Source of the DNA: Eledone cirrhosa
Lineage: Eukaryota
NCBI GenBank assembly: GCA_964016885.1
Contig: OZ024757.1
Coordinates: 35,898,001-35,962,000 of the forward strand
Length of the DNA: 64,000 nucleotides
Direction of reading: 5' to 3'
Of the stretch, positions 1-13,861 are shown piece after piece. Each line of letters begins with the position of its first letter. Position 1 is the first letter of the stretch. Made by a program: the position numbers and the translations under genes. The notes beneath the pieces are model-generated. The model saw only the letters and a program-made list of their open reading frames with translations, searched no databases and was not told where the DNA came from.

Positions 1-373
1 TCCTCTATGAGCAAGCTATGGCGCGGCCAACTGGCCAGACTTGCCTCATAAGGGTAAACATCTAGTTACATACTGTAAATATGGTTGCTGTTAGGAAGGA
101 CATCCAGCAATAAAAAAAAAAAACTGGCCAAAATACAGTCCAGTTTCAGCAAGGTACAGTGTGGTCAAATGGCCAGACATGCCTCATAGTGTGGATGACC
201 CATCTGACCCATGCAAGCATGGAAAATAAGATGTTAAATAGTGATGATATATATACACACACACACACACACACAGTACTGACTTAGTCCATATAGACCC
301 ATCCAACCATAGCTAGCAAGGAAAGTGGATGTTAAACAATGACAATGATATATATATATATATATATATATAT

Positions 374-951
374 ATCTTTGCTTCCAGATACAGGAAGTCC
401 TCAACCAATTCTAGCGACTTCCCACCTACATTAGTAATCTTCTTTGGCTTCTTAATATTCTCTACCAGATACTTCGTCTTAATCTCATTCATTCTCAGCC
501 CCACATTCATCGATACAGTCTCCACCTTCTGCATCAACTCCTCTGCCTCCTTCACTGTGTTTGTCACCAGAACTATGTCGTCAGTAAATCCAGCATCTGA
601 TATCTTTTTCGCCTTAATTCTCCTGCTCTGAGCCAGTGCTACAGTAAAGCCAGAGTTCTGGTGTTTCTCCAGTGCAAAGTGCATACAATAGTCCACTACG
701 ATGATGAAAAGGTAGGGAGCCAAAGTATCTCCCTGGAGCACTCCAGCCAGTATCTCAAAGAACTCCGTCATCCCATTAGGTGTAATGACTTGGGTTCTGG
801 TGTTGGTGTAGAGCAGTGACATCAGGTCCACTATATTCTTGGGGATTCCATAAGCCTGTAAGATCTTCATCAGACAGTGACGGTCCATAGAATCAAAGGC
901 CTTCCTAAAGTCAATGAAAAGAATGACAGCAGGAAGGTTCTTCGCTCTAGC
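374..951 (-). mobile_element. RTE-like LINE reverse transcriptase fragment (inverted 5' part)
   Basis: ORF 313..993 carries FIDFRKAFDS, GVLQGDTLAPYLF, FTDDIVL and DFLYL RT motifs; left end abuts (TA)n. Confidence 0.9.
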
Positions 952-1330
952 GATTGGGAACACAGAGGATGATGTGGTGGAGAGGAAGAGCAAAACCTTG
1001 CCGATGTGTCACTGTTTGAGGTTGGTGTTGAAGTTGGACCTTCGTAAAGACCTAAAGATTCGTCTCTTTGTTGCTGCAGTGGAGTCTGTGGTACTGAACG
1101 GGTCTGAGACTTTGACTCTGACCAAGAGACTCACTCAGATGGTAGATGGGTGTTACATGAGGATGCTGGGGATGGCTCTGAACATTAAGCAGTATACACT
1201 GAGGATGAAGAATTCAGAGCTGTACAGGAGACACCCAAAACTCAGCTTGAAAGTAACACAGAGGAGACTGAAGTTAGCTGGACATGCTCACCGACATTCA
1301 GTGCTGACATTGGAGTCCTATGGGAGACCC
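952..1330 (+). mobile_element. Same RTE-like LINE, forward 3' part (post-RT region)
   Basis: IGNTEDDVVERK...KIRLFVAAVESVVLNGSETLTLT...RRLKLAGHAHRH is the typical RTE region after the FxYL motif. Confidence 0.85.
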
Positions 1331-2914
1331 TATACGTACATACTGAAAAAGAAGGCTTTGTTGATGCAGTATATTTACAGGAGGACTGATCTTAGTAAAA
1401 ATTTGCATTAATCTAAATTAATGAGTTTTTAATGTGATGCTGTCACAATGATGTTTTGTACTTTTCCCGAACGTTGTGCTAATGTAGTTTCATGTGGTTT
1501 GTTAATTCGAATATGAGAGTCATAGTGCTGTTCTAAATCTTTATAGTATCTTCACTAGTGAACAGATTGTTGTGAACATTTGCAGTATCATAGTAAAGAC
1601 TTAATTATTTTATGTGGCATTATTATAGTATTGGATGTTGTTTTATACTCTTTGAGAATGTCTTACTAATGTGGTTTCATGTGGTACAGGAAATTAAGGA
1701 AGAGTGAAGTAAGTTTACAGAGAACTAGAAGGTTATATGGTTAAAAGTTAATAAATTTTTTTTTTTTTTTTTGTTAGAAATGAACAATGAAGTGAAGTTT
1801 TATTCCTTTCACAGAATTAAAGAAGGGTTTTTAGGCCGGGTTTTTTTTTTGTTGCATTTTTGTTTTCATCGTTACATATAGATAGGTTTTAGAAAACTAT
1901 CATAATAACTCCTATTATTTCAGACCTATGTTATTGTATTTTGGTTAATTTAACAAACGAGATTAATTTTAGATAATTAATCCCCATTGTTTTATTCAAA
2001 ATGGTTTGCGATTGTACAGACATTGTATATTCATAGTACATACATAAGTACTCTTTAAACTGACTGAAATTCCTGGAATTCCTTCTATATTCTTTTGTTA
2101 CATTAAAGAATGTTTTCATTTGACTCAAGCTGAAGGTCTTTTTTGTATAGAATATGTGTATGTATGTATGTGTATATATATATATTATATATACTGTAGT
2201 GTCTGGTAGAAATATCCAAGGGTAAAAGCACTCAGTCCATAGGATGAGTTAAGTTGTAACTAATTATATATATATGTATATACGTATATGTATTTACATA
2301 TAGGAGGGTTAACCGAAATGTTCATAGGCTGACCAAGATACTCTCATGAAATTATCAAATGAGTTTTATTTATATATATATATTTATATATATATTATAT
2401 ATATATATATATTATATTATATATATTATATATATATATATATATTATATATAATATATATATATTATATATATATATATAATATATATATTTATATATA
2501 TATATATATATTATATATATATATTTATATATACTATATAATATTTTGAGAATAAGCTCTCAGTCCTTTACAATAATTAAGCTCCAGGAAAGGGTCATTT
2601 CCGAACAGTTAAATACATTAGAATATATGATAAACACAAAACGTGTTTGCATTGCAACAGACAGTCAGCTATTAATTATATATATATATATATATTATAT
2701 ATATATATATATATATGAGAATAAACGTGCTGCGTGGTTGCAAATGGGTTACATATGAATAAAGTGGTCCTTCATCAGTGATCTTCCAGCAGGAGTGTGG
2801 AGGGTGTTATAGCAGGAAGTTAGAACCAGCTAATTCGGTCATTAACATCGGAATAAACATATTAATATGTAATAGTAATAAATAGGAAATTTAACATTGA
2901 AATGGTAATGATAA

Positions 2915-3270
2915 TTGTTTCTACTTTTGGCACAAGGCCAGCTATTACGCCAGTGTATTACTGGTACTTTATTTTATCGACCTCGTAAGGATGAAAGGCA
3001 AAGTTAACCTAGGCGGGATTTGAACTCAGAATGGCAAGGGCTGTAACTCAATGCGTCTGACCCTCTACCGATACTGCCAATAATAATTGTTTCTACTTTT
3101 GGCACAAGGCCAGCAATTATTCCAGTGTATTACTGGTACTTTATTTTATCGACCCTGTAAGGATGAAAGGCAAAGTTAACCTCAACGGGATTTGAACCCA
3201 GACCGTAAAGGGACATAACTATGCTGGAAACATGGCGTCTGACCCTCTACCGATACTGCCAATCCACCAT
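2915..3270 (-). mobile_element. tRNA-derived SINE family A (resembles the abundant octopus OK-type SINE), tandem copies
   Basis: Reverse complement of gagttcaaatcccgccgaggttaactttgcctttcatccttacggggtcgataaaataaagtaccag; B-box GTTCAAATC; (TTA)n tail. The family name is recalled, not searched. Confidence 0.8.
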
Positions 3271-3387
3271 AATAAAAGATCATCTGAATTAGAATCACTA
3301 TAAAGATTAGATGATTCAGTAGATTTTAGTTTTGCCTCATTAATGAGTCTGAGCAGATTGGGGATGGAATTGGGTCTATAGCATTAA

Positions 3388-3573
3388 CCCTTTAACATTC
3401 ACATTATTCTATATATACTATTATATTTTCATTATCTCACATAATATCAAATCTAGGAGATTTTGAAAGTATTTATTTTGAGAACAATACCTTAACATCA
3501 GTTTGAGCGACCAGTTACAGCCAGTTTCAACAGAAAGAGGTAGAGAATTGTGGCCGGTTTGAACATTAAAGGG
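3388..3573. mobile_element. piggyBac-type MITE
   Basis: TTAA|CCCTTTAACATTC ... GAACATTAAAGGG|TTAA: short CCC-starting TIRs with a TTAA duplication. Confidence 0.6.
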
Positions 3574-4554
3574 TTAATATGAATCTTGAGCCACCCATCT
3601 GTGAAATGTTGCTGAGCATAATCAATAAAAACCTCAATGGGAAATCTTATTTTGTTCTTAACACACACACACACACACATATATTAAGGAACAAAACCAC
3701 TACCTAATAGATGATACACGCCTGCTCTTATCTCTGATTGAACACTTTTTCTTTTTTCTTTTGCGCGCACACACACACACAATTCAGTGTTTTTGATACC
3801 TAACGCTTGTCCCACTAAGCTACACTGTGAATATGGTTGGTGTTAGGAAGCGCATCCAGCTGTAAAAATCCCAGCCAAATTTACAGTTCCATTCTGTCAA
3901 AATAAGGTGAGGCACGGCCAACTGGTCAGACTTGTCTCATGACGTGGCAACTCGCCTAACCCATGCAAGCATGGAAAATAGACGTTAAACAGTGATGATG
4001 ATATATAACGAAGGAGGTGTGGTAAAGAACCAGATGGCCCATAATGCACCAAAGTACTCAATACTTAGGGTAGTAGTGTGGAGTCCAGAAATAGCCGTCG
4101 AAACGGCTTGAGCTCTGCTGTCAGGTTCAAACATTTTCCTATATATATATATATATATATATATAACTCCGTAATAGCACCACCAACTACAAAAACAAAG
4201 ACGGTTGAACTGCTTTACGTTGAGTACTCTATATTGCATTACGATTGACCATACGGAATAGACCAGCTCTATACAGTGGTGAACCTCAAACCTGAATATA
4301 TATATATATATATATATATAAAATAAGCAGCACTAAAGAGTCAATATGCTATTAAACTAACACACATTTCAACTGTTTGAGATTCATCCCAAGGATGTGA
4401 GATTATAAAATCAGAAATTTTAGAATTTAAAAAAAAAAATTTATATTTAAATTTCCTTATGTTTTTATACTTCGACCATCATATATATATATATATTAAG
4501 AAAAGGAAGAGAGACAGTATCACATGTTCGACATTGTTTTATTCCAATACATCA

Positions 4555-4626
4555 TCCTGTTATGCACATTTTCAAGTGTAGAAAGGTAGTTATTCAATGA
4601 TTATTTCATGTTTTCATCAGACAAAA
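4555..4626 (-). ncRNA. Minimal type-I hammerhead ribozyme motif (Penelope-LTR type)
   Basis: Minus strand ttttgt-CTGATGA-long stem II-GAAA-atgtgca-TA-acagga; same family as 40446-40516. Confidence 0.5.
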
Positions 4627-4890
4627 AGTTCAAATGTAAATAAAAATAAAGTTTACAATTTTGATATGTCTGCTGTAGATCTGTTTACATGTTGGCATTT
4701 GGCAAGCCTAGTTACAAGTCAGTGGATATGGGAGAGGGGATTATAAAGGTGATATTTATTTATATATATATACACACTCACACACACACACACATACATA
4801 CACACATTAAAATTTAAATGACACCAAACATTTAAAGCATAGAGCTATAGATAAGCCTGTAAATCAGTATACCATTATTATTATAACTAT

Positions 4891-5082
4891 AGGCGGTGGA
4901 TTAGCAGTATCGGTAGAGGGTCGGACGCCATGCTTTCCAGCATAGTTACGTCCCTTTACGATCTGAGTTCAAATCCCGCCGAGGTTGACTTTGCCTTTCA
5001 TCCTTACGGGGTCGATAAAATAAAGTACCAGTAATGCACTGGATAATTGGTGGCCTTGTGCCTAAAGTAGAAACAATTATTA
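4891..5082 (+). mobile_element. SINE family A, full-length copy
   Basis: ggcggtgga...cggtagag head, B-box, conserved core gcctttcatccttacggggtcgataaaat, (TTA)n tail. Confidence 0.85.
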
Positions 5083-5123
5083 TTATAACTATAATATTAA
5101 TACTTATATTATATATAAATGTA

Positions 5124-5165
<42 letters not shown>

Positions 5166-5322
5166 AGTATATGATGTAATTTCTAATCTATTTTGGCACT
5201 CCCATCATCTAAAGTAATTCATTAGCTTTTGTTAAATATGGGACACAGGAGTGTTGAAAGCTGAGAAGGATGTGCTTAGCTACACACACACGTTTATACA
5301 CACATGCATACACACACATATA

Positions 5323-6202
5323 CAGGGTGCGGATGATATTTGTTTGCAAGATTACTGTCTAGGAAAAAATAACACTAGTTTTGTTTTTTAAGATTTATTT
5401 ATCAAACTTGGGTCAGTTTGTCTTCATGACTTGTTCTTTCGATCTCACTCCATAAACCCACCATTGGCTTTGATGACGGCCTCAAGGCGGCCTTGGAACC
5501 GGCTACAGGCCTTCATCACTCTCCCCTGACTTAGGCACTTGTGATCCTGGCCTTCAGATCGTCTTTCGTATTGCAGCTAGATCTGTTGGTGTCTCGTTCC
5601 ACTGCGCCCCACACAAAGAAGTCGAGGGGGTTGCAGTCAGGTGAGCTGGGAGGCCAGATGTCAGGTGAAGTGTGGTCGACGAAGTTCTCTGACAGCCAGA
5701 CTTGGGTCTTTCGGCTGGTGTGGCAGGGCGCTGAGTCTTGCTGCCACACATACGGCCTACCTGCAGCTACCTGGTCGATCCAGGGCTTTACTACCTCGCT
5801 CAGAATGCGGATGTAGCCATCGGTGTTCAGCTTGAGGCCCTCAGGGAAGAAGTGAGGTGGCATGACGTCACCTTGACTGCTGACAACACCTAAGACCAAT
5901 GTTGTCGCTGGAAACTTTGTCTGCATGACTCTGGGCACGTCTTTGGATGAGACAGCGAGCCACCTGTTGTTCTGGGAGTTGATCTTCTGGTCTTATTTGT
6001 CCTCCCGGCGTGAATTCCAAGAAGAACTCCGTGTCTCTTCCACAAATTTGGAGGTTCAAAATTATTCATAATCATTTATTCTGAAAATAAATAATGGAAA
6101 TATAGTCACTGTTTTTATGAAGACAAGAGTGACAACAGAAGAAAAAAAAATTTGCATAAAATTAGCAGTTGAAAATTGTGAACAAATATCGTCCGCACCC
6201 TG
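5323..6202 (-). mobile_element. Tc1/mariner-superfamily maT (DD37D) transposon, internally deleted
   Basis: 22-bp TIRs CAGGGTGCGGA(T/C)GATATTTGTT flanked by TA. ORF 5531..5938 has WQQD-x37-D (SPDCNPLD). The N-terminal DNA-binding part is missing. Confidence 0.92.
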
Positions 6203-7823
6203 TATATATATATATATATATATATACCTATACATACATCCTTTATATATATATATACACACACACATACATACCCCCCCTCCCGCATGTATATACACAT
6301 ATAGATATATGTGTATACATATATATATACACCTATACATACATACTTTATATATATACACACACACATACATACCCCCCCCCCCCCCATATATATACAC
6401 ACATATAGATATATGCATATACATATATACACACACACACATATGGGTAGGGTTTTTGATTTCGGAAGGAGGGTGGTTCTGAAACAGCTGCTGGCCACTA
6501 CCGGATAGTTTTTGTGTAATATAAAATTGATAATTTTCACTATTATTTTGTGTCATAGCTTCGACAAGACACAAAAATCTCAGAAATATCTGAATAATTG
6601 CTTTGAAAACATTTGGCTGACAATGATTCTGACCATACCTGCCACATCTTCTTCCTATGAGAGATAGTTTTCTTCATTAAAGTGAGTGTGGACTGGGTGC
6701 CTTTTATCGTAGCATCAAAATAACCACTTTACAGTTTGGATTAGGCACCTTTGTTGCATCACCTTAACAACCAATTTACAGTGTGGATTGGGTGCTTTTT
6801 ATCATGTCTCCAACATGACCACTTACCACACACACACACACACACATTATGTTACTAGTGAAGGTACATGATTTAGTGGCTAGTTAGGACAGCACTGTGT
6901 TCTTGATGTTTCAGTTCACATTGCTTTTCATAACACTGGGGCCCCTTATCATTAAAACCCCAAGAAAACCTCCTATGATATAACACTGCAGAGGGGTGAG
7001 CTGTAAATTTAATTTCAGAGCCCTTACTATACTACTACTTACTACTTGACCATCTGATGCCTTGGGGTGGTGGTGAGGCATTGAGAAAGTTTGAGCTCCA
7101 GAGTCCTCAGTCGATAATTGCAGTACGCAGGTCTGTTCCTTTGAGGCCCCACTCCATCTTGATGATGACCCTGGCCTCAGTTCTTTGGAACAGCTGAGCT
7201 CTGATCATCCACAACCTTAGAAAGGCCTCTTTAGACCTAGTCAGCTGTAGAACTCTAAGTATTGCATAATCACAAACACTTAATGTATATACACATATGA
7301 GAGTGTATTCTGGTCTTTAGAATAGACACACCCTATTCCTGTGTGTCAGAAAAGGTGACTAGAAGGTTTGGGCTGTAAAACTTTGTCTCAAAACATCTCA
7401 TTTAACCAACGGTGGTGTGGAAAAGGGGACATAAAAAACAATGATATGCCTTTCATCCTTCTGGGGTCGATAAAGTAATGTATCAGTTAAGTACTGGGGT
7501 TGATTGAATTAATTATGCCCTCCCCACATAATTTGCTGGTCTTGTGCCTAAATTAGAAAGCAATACACGCGCGCGCGCACACACACACGCACACACATAA
7601 TAGCACTGAATGTGCTTGAGCTGTTTTATCAGCTGATGGTTTGTGTAATTATGGGAACTGTACAAACATCGGTGAACATGACCCAGATAGTAGTAGTAGT
7701 AATAGCAGCAGCAGTAGAATTACTACCACCATCACCGTCAGCAGCATCAGCATCTCCCCATATAGTTAGGAGAGGCTTCATGAAATAATGTAGTGGGTGT
7801 CATTGTTTTCATTTTCATAAGAG

Positions 7824-8266
7824 AAGGTACATGGCTTAGTGGTTAGAGCATTGGGCTTGCAATCTAAAGGTTGTGAGTTCAATTCTCACAAACCGGGTGA
7901 TGTGTTGTTTCCTTGAGCAAGACACTTTATTTCACATTGCTCCAGTTTACTCAGCTGTAGAAATGAGATGATAGGGACTGGGGTCCCTATCATTCCACTG
8001 CAAAGTGGTCGTGGAGGTGCCACCACAAAAAAGCACCCAGCCCACACTGTAAAGTGGTCGTGGAGGTGCCACGGAAGAAAAAGCACCCAGCACTCACTGT
8101 AAATGAGGTTGGTGTTAGGAAGGACATCCAGCTGTAGAAATCAAGCCAAATCAGTTCCCGTATGAGCAAGACAAGGTCAGCCGACCGGACACTGCCCACA
8201 ACAGGACAACCCGTCTAACCCATGCTAGCGTGGAAGACCGGACATAAAACGGTGATGGTGATGATG
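7824..8266 (+). mobile_element. tRNA-derived SINE family B with RTE-derived 3' tail
   Basis: A box TGGCTTAGTGG, B box GAGTTCAATTC, CORE-like ccttgagcaagacactt domain, tail shared with the RTE 3' UTR, (GAT)n end. Confidence 0.85.
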
Positions 8267-8639
8267 AAGCAAGCGGTCTATTTTTGTAGGGTTTCATCGT
8301 AGCCAAACTATTTCCAGTATTTTCACAAAATCTAATCACTGAATCTTGCCATATCTTCCATTTCCTGTGTTCTCTTTGACTTCAGTATTTTCAGCGCTAT
8401 TCAATGTGGATGGAAGTAGTCTAGAAACGTCTGTTGAAGATAGGAAACCGAAAAACTGAAGTACCAGCTGGGCCTGACTCTCTTGTAGTATCTACTTAAT
8501 TGAGCTTGTGTGGATATGTGGGTGTGTATCTGTGTGTGTGTGGTTGTGTGATATATATATATATATATATATAAGTAGAAGGGGTATTTAATTTGTAGGA
8601 AGTCCGACAAATATGTTTATAACTGATTTAGAGCACGAA

Positions 8640-9300
8640 ACTCCATACAATGTACACAATGTAAATCTTGGTTACACAAAAGATGTAGTGGGATAACTAG
8701 TAGAGTAACAGGAAGGGGGGAACTTTGCTTGTAGAAGATGCACAGGAGAAATTGAGAGGAACACTAATGATATAAATCTTTTCTAGTCACAAAAAGGATC
8801 CATAGATGTGATTGATGGCTTCTGCTATCTCGGTAACCTAATTAGCAGTGGAGGAGGGTGGGCCAAGAGTATAATAGCCAAAATAAGGATAGGATGGAAG
8901 AAGTTTAAAGAACTACTCCCATGACTGACAACAAAAGTTTTCTCCCTATGTACAAAAGGAAGGCCGCATGACACCTGTGTGTAGTGCACACTGCTGCATG
9001 GTAGTGAAACATGGGCTGTGACTGCAGAGGACATGTGGTACCATATGGTAGTGAAATATGGGGTGTGACTGCAGAGGACATGTGGTGTTACATGGTAGTG
9101 AAACATGGTTAGTGACTGCAGAGGACATGTGGTGCTATATGGTAGTGAAACAGGGGCTGTGACTGCAGAGGACATGCATAGACTGGAGAGAAATGAAGCA
9201 ACCACATTTCATTGGATATGCAATGTGAATGTGAGAGAAAGGCAGAGCTTAGACTGGAAGAGAAGCTGGGCTTAACGGGAAACCGAGATGGTGGTGTGTG
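8640..9300 (+). mobile_element. Degenerate RTE LINE fragment with internal tandem duplications
   Basis: Homologous to about 19050-19620 (YLG..ISSGGG...GWKKF, HGSETW); the atggtagtgaaacatggg...gcagaggacatg unit is repeated about 4 times. Confidence 0.75.
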
Positions 9301-10266
9301 TGCATAATATATACATACAATATATAGTTGAATATATAGGCCGAACCCCATTCTACTCTCGATGTTTTGGTCACATGTCCCACAGCTTTTATTGAAGTAT
9401 ATACAGTAATTGGAAGGGGAAACAACCCATAACAGCTTCAATAGAAACTTGTGGACTGATAAATGAAGCTAAGTGAAAGAGAAACATGTTTTAGTGGGAA
9501 GTATTGTTTACTTGAGTGTGAAAAGTGTTGTTGTTGTTCTGTTATCCCATTACATCTACCTGAGTACTCTGTTTTCCCATATATCAACCCGAGTACCCTC
9601 CATCGACTCTTCACCTGTGAGAGAAGCAGCCAAATCTTTAATTTGTACTGTGGAATGGCATATTAGCTAGATTATATATCGTGAAATACATACGTTTGTT
9701 TATATTTTGTTTTTGTGTATGCAAAAATATCTGTACATGAATATATAATTATATATATATATATATATTAAAATAACAGATTAAAGTTTAAGCAAAGAAT
9801 CGCTGTTTTCACCCTATACGGGATCTTCTGAAACTAAAAAAATCAATCTGTGAACGCAGAAGTAAATATTTCGAAAAACGTTACACTCTATATATATACA
9901 CACACACACACGTAGCATTTTAATGTCGTAATGCAGTGAGCCAGACATACAGACAGATATTATAGGGGCGCAACGTTATATCTATGTATCTATCTAAAAA
10001 GAAAAACTAAGAATTATAATGCGGTCCCTAGGGCATTGAAAAGCATTACATGTGTAAAGTTTGAAAACAATCAGTTGGGTGGTTCTCGAGTTTTCGGGAG
10101 CTGACAGACAGATTATACAGGATGATCACAGTTGGAATGTCCTTTATGATAGATGTCTCTTTGGTCAAATGATTAAGGCTGACCTGGGGTTAAACAACAA
10201 ACCACATCTAGAAACATTTTCTTTGATCTTCAATTAATTAATTTCTTGTTTGTTTCTCTCTTTCAG

Positions 10267-10383
10267 TTTTTATGCCTGAAAAATATAAGGACATTCTTAC
10301 AGACATGCAAGAAGGTGTTTGGATTAAAAGATCAGGATTTGTTTGATCCTCCAGATTTGTTTGATGTGAAAGATTTTCGGAAG
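10267..10383 (+). CDS. VAV: Vav-family GEF, exon 2 (CH domain): [39 protein letters not shown]
   Basis: tttcag acceptor, AAG|gtaggt donor, 117 nt, phase 0-0. Translation closely matches the Vav CH segment [11 protein letters not shown]...FDLFDV.DF.K. Confidence 0.95.
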
Positions 10384-10481
10384 GTAGGTGTTTATTAAAA
10401 GTTGTGACTTCATGAAACCTTGGGTAATGGAATAATTATATTGTGTTGTTTATCACATATATATATATATATATATATATT

Positions 10482-10812
10482 AAGGCACATGGCTTAGTGG
10501 TTAGAGCATTGGCCTTGCAATCGAAAGGTTGTGAGTTCAATTCTCAGACCGGGTGATGTGTTGTTTCCTTGAGCAAAACACTTTATTTCACATTGCTCCA
10601 GTTTACTCAGCTGTAGAAGTGAGATATGGACTGGGGTCCATATCATTCCACTGCAAAGTGGTCGTGGGGGTGCCACGGCAAAAAAACACCCAGCACTCAC
10701 TGTAAATGAGGTTGGTGTTAGGAAACGCATCTAGCTGTAGAAATCAAGCCAGAATCAGTTCCCGTCCCACCCTTGCAAGCAGGGAAAAGCGGACATAAAA
10801 TGATGATGATGA
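10482..10812 (+). mobile_element. SINE family B
   Basis: Near-identical to 14364-14696. Confidence 0.9.
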
Positions 10813-11529
10813 TATTATATGTATGTATATATATATATGTATATATATACACACATACACACATGTATGTATATGGACCTTCCTCTACTTCCTCCTAAGT
10901 GTGATACTAATAAGACTGCGCTTTTACATATATGTTTGTATTGTCATTTCTTTAACTATTTACACACACACACACACACACACACAGAAACTCATGTATG
11001 TAGCCTCTGTTCATCTCTTCTTCTTTCTCTTGTATATCTGTTTTAAATATGTCATTACTTTGAAGATATTAACACATAATACTGACTGTGGTGGCAAATT
11101 TTATCAGATCATCCTTTCTCTTCACCTTATATAGTATATCTGTGTATCCCTTATCTTCTATATCCTATATCTTCTATATCATATATCTGGGCATCTTCAC
11201 ATTCTGCTAGTATTAACCCTTTCCCTCTCCTCCCTCTTTTACTCTCATTCTTTTGTGATTTTCAAAAGGTTTGGGTGGTGGTGGTGGCAATGGTGGTTTT
11301 GGGGTAGGGGTAGGGAATCAACAGATGTTAATTGCTTGGAGTATGACTGCAAGCCGTTCTGGAAGTGTTGGTAAGACGTGTCTACTTTTCCCACAAAGCC
11401 TTGCAATGTGAAAGGGGCCCCAGTGCATTACTGATATTTTATCAACCCCGTAAGGATGACAGGCAAAGCTAACCTTGGCAGGATTTGAACTTAGGCAGTC
11501 AACCACTGGAAACCAATATGGTCTCTGTG

Positions 11530-11585
<56 letters not shown>

Positions 11586-12852
11586 AATAATTGTTTCTGG
11601 CACAAGGCCAGCAATTACCCAGTACATTACTGGTACTTTATTTTATCGACCCCGTAAGGATGAAAGGCAAAGTCAACCTTGGCGGGATTTGTAATAATAA
11701 ATACAACAACCAAAATCCAAAGAGGACTTGATAAGGGTTTTATATATATATAAGTATATATATAAACCTGTAGAGAAAATATAATTAGTACAGATTAAAA
11801 GTTTAAACAATGAATTTCTGCTTTCACCCTAAGCAGGATCATCTAAAACTGAGAAAAGTCAATTTGTAGAGACAGAAGGAAATATTTCAAAACGAATTAC
11901 AGCTAAATATTGCCTTTAGAAAACAGGAAGACTTAATACTAGTGTGTGAAGATGTTCTCTTGAGATGAGTGAAGTGTATGTAAGGAGAATTATGTCATTA
12001 TGTGGAGGAAGAACAACAAATTCTTGCTATGAAAATATCAGGAGACAAGTATTCTTCCCAGAATAGCTGAATATTTTCTAACTAGCATACATGGAAAATA
12101 ATATTAATAATAGTAAAATGATTAAACCTAAAAATATTGAAGGTGGGCGCTAGAACCACTGTGATGACAGCTACAACAACAACATTGACAACAACACTAA
12201 CAACCACTATTACAACAACAATGATGATAATAAACTTTTAACAACAATAGCCAGCCAAAACAATCACAAATAAAACTAAACAACTGTGACAACAACAACA
12301 TTGACAATAGAAATGTGTACAGCCATGATAACGACAGCAGAGGTTGGTATTGAGTGCGTTACTAACTGTGGTTAAACCCCCCCCCCCCCCCCCCCCCCCC
12401 CCTCCATTGAACCCACGACTCACACACACAATAATATAAAAAATAATAATTATGTAGAATCAGTTAACCTTTTTTTACCCAAATCTTTTTTAGAGAAGGG
12501 CTTCAAATTTCATATAGCTTAGGGCCTGAGGTGGTGAAAGTCCAGCCCTGGTGGTACAGGATGTTAAAAGTTAATATATCATTTTGAGAATTTTTGTTGT
12601 GGAATAATATTAGATGTTGGGATAGTTTCTGAAAGGAAGTACTACTTGAAAACCTCTCTAGTTCTGTAAAATAGCCTAAACATCTGCACCAAAGAGGACT
12701 CCACATGGTCAATCTATGGTGTCAGTGATAGTTCCACTGGAGTGGAGAAAATTCATGTTATATATACATCATAAAGACTGGCTGTTGTATGTATATATAT
12801 ATATATATATACACATTGTTGTTAGATTTGTTTGCCTTTTTCATATTTATAT

Positions 12853-12894
<42 letters not shown>

Positions 12895-13547
12895 ATCCAG
12901 CTGGTGTGTATTTATGAGTGCCATCTCCGTCAGCATCGTTTTTACACCCGTTTTTTTCATGCTTGAATGGATTGGGTCCTTTTGTACCACATGAAACCAC
13001 AGCAAAGTACCATTGAAAAGTATAAAGCAACACCAACTGTCTGACATGAATAAATCAATACTTCAACATCTTTAAAGATATTAACAAAGCACATGAAACT
13101 GCTTCTTGAAAAGCACTCTAGCTGGTCAGTTTATGGAATAGCTTTTAGTAGATTTCATTAAATAGTACAAAACAACACTGTGACTATTTCATATTAAATA
13201 TTAAACTCTTTACTGTAATGCTGTAAATTTCCACAGCACTCTGTCCACCAGTAAAGATATTACATGTATTTGAATTAACAAACCACATGATACAACATTA
13301 GCAAGACATTCTTGAAAAGTACAAAACACTCTTTGACAACAGGTTAAAAATAAAGTCTTTACTCTTTAATACTGTAAATGTTCACAATCTGTCCACTAGT
13401 AAAGATACTATAAACATTTGAATTAATAAACCTGTAATGTTTTAAAGGAATGTTCTGGTAAGGACATTAGAAGTTAATGATAACTTTCTATTTTTTTTGT
13501 CTTGTTTTTGTTTATTCCATTTGAATTCTTCTTTTCTGTTTTCTCAG

Positions 13548-13603
13548 GTTTTGTATACATTGTCGAAACTTTCTAAAACAGAACTTGCTCAAAAGACTGC
13601 CAG
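13548..13603 (+). CDS. VAV: Vav exon 3 (end of CH domain): VLYTLSKLSKTELAQKTA+AG
   Basis: Polypyrimidine tract + ctcag acceptor, AG|gtaaga donor, 56 nt, phase 0-2. In frame with exon 2; resembles Vav VIYTLSALS..IAQ. Confidence 0.92.
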
Positions 13604-13861
13604 GTAAGATTTCTAACAGCTCTTTACTATTTCACCTGTCTTACAATTATTATTGTTGTTGTGTTATTACCAGTATTGTGAGGGGTCTATTACCAGTCAA
13701 GTATTGGAAGGGGTTTATTACCAGTCAAGTATTGTGAGGGGTCTATTTAATCTCCTCCCAGAAATTGTCGGCCTTGTGCCTAAATTAGAAATCATCATTA
13801 TTATTATTATTGTCTTTGTAATATTCCCTCATGTAATGCCCTTGTGGCAAATAACTTAAAT

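Noticed and set aside
1-10266. Vav exon 1 (N-terminal CH half)
   Set aside because: No W..C..WL or LRDGV.LC-type coding segment was found by eye; presumed to lie upstream of the window.
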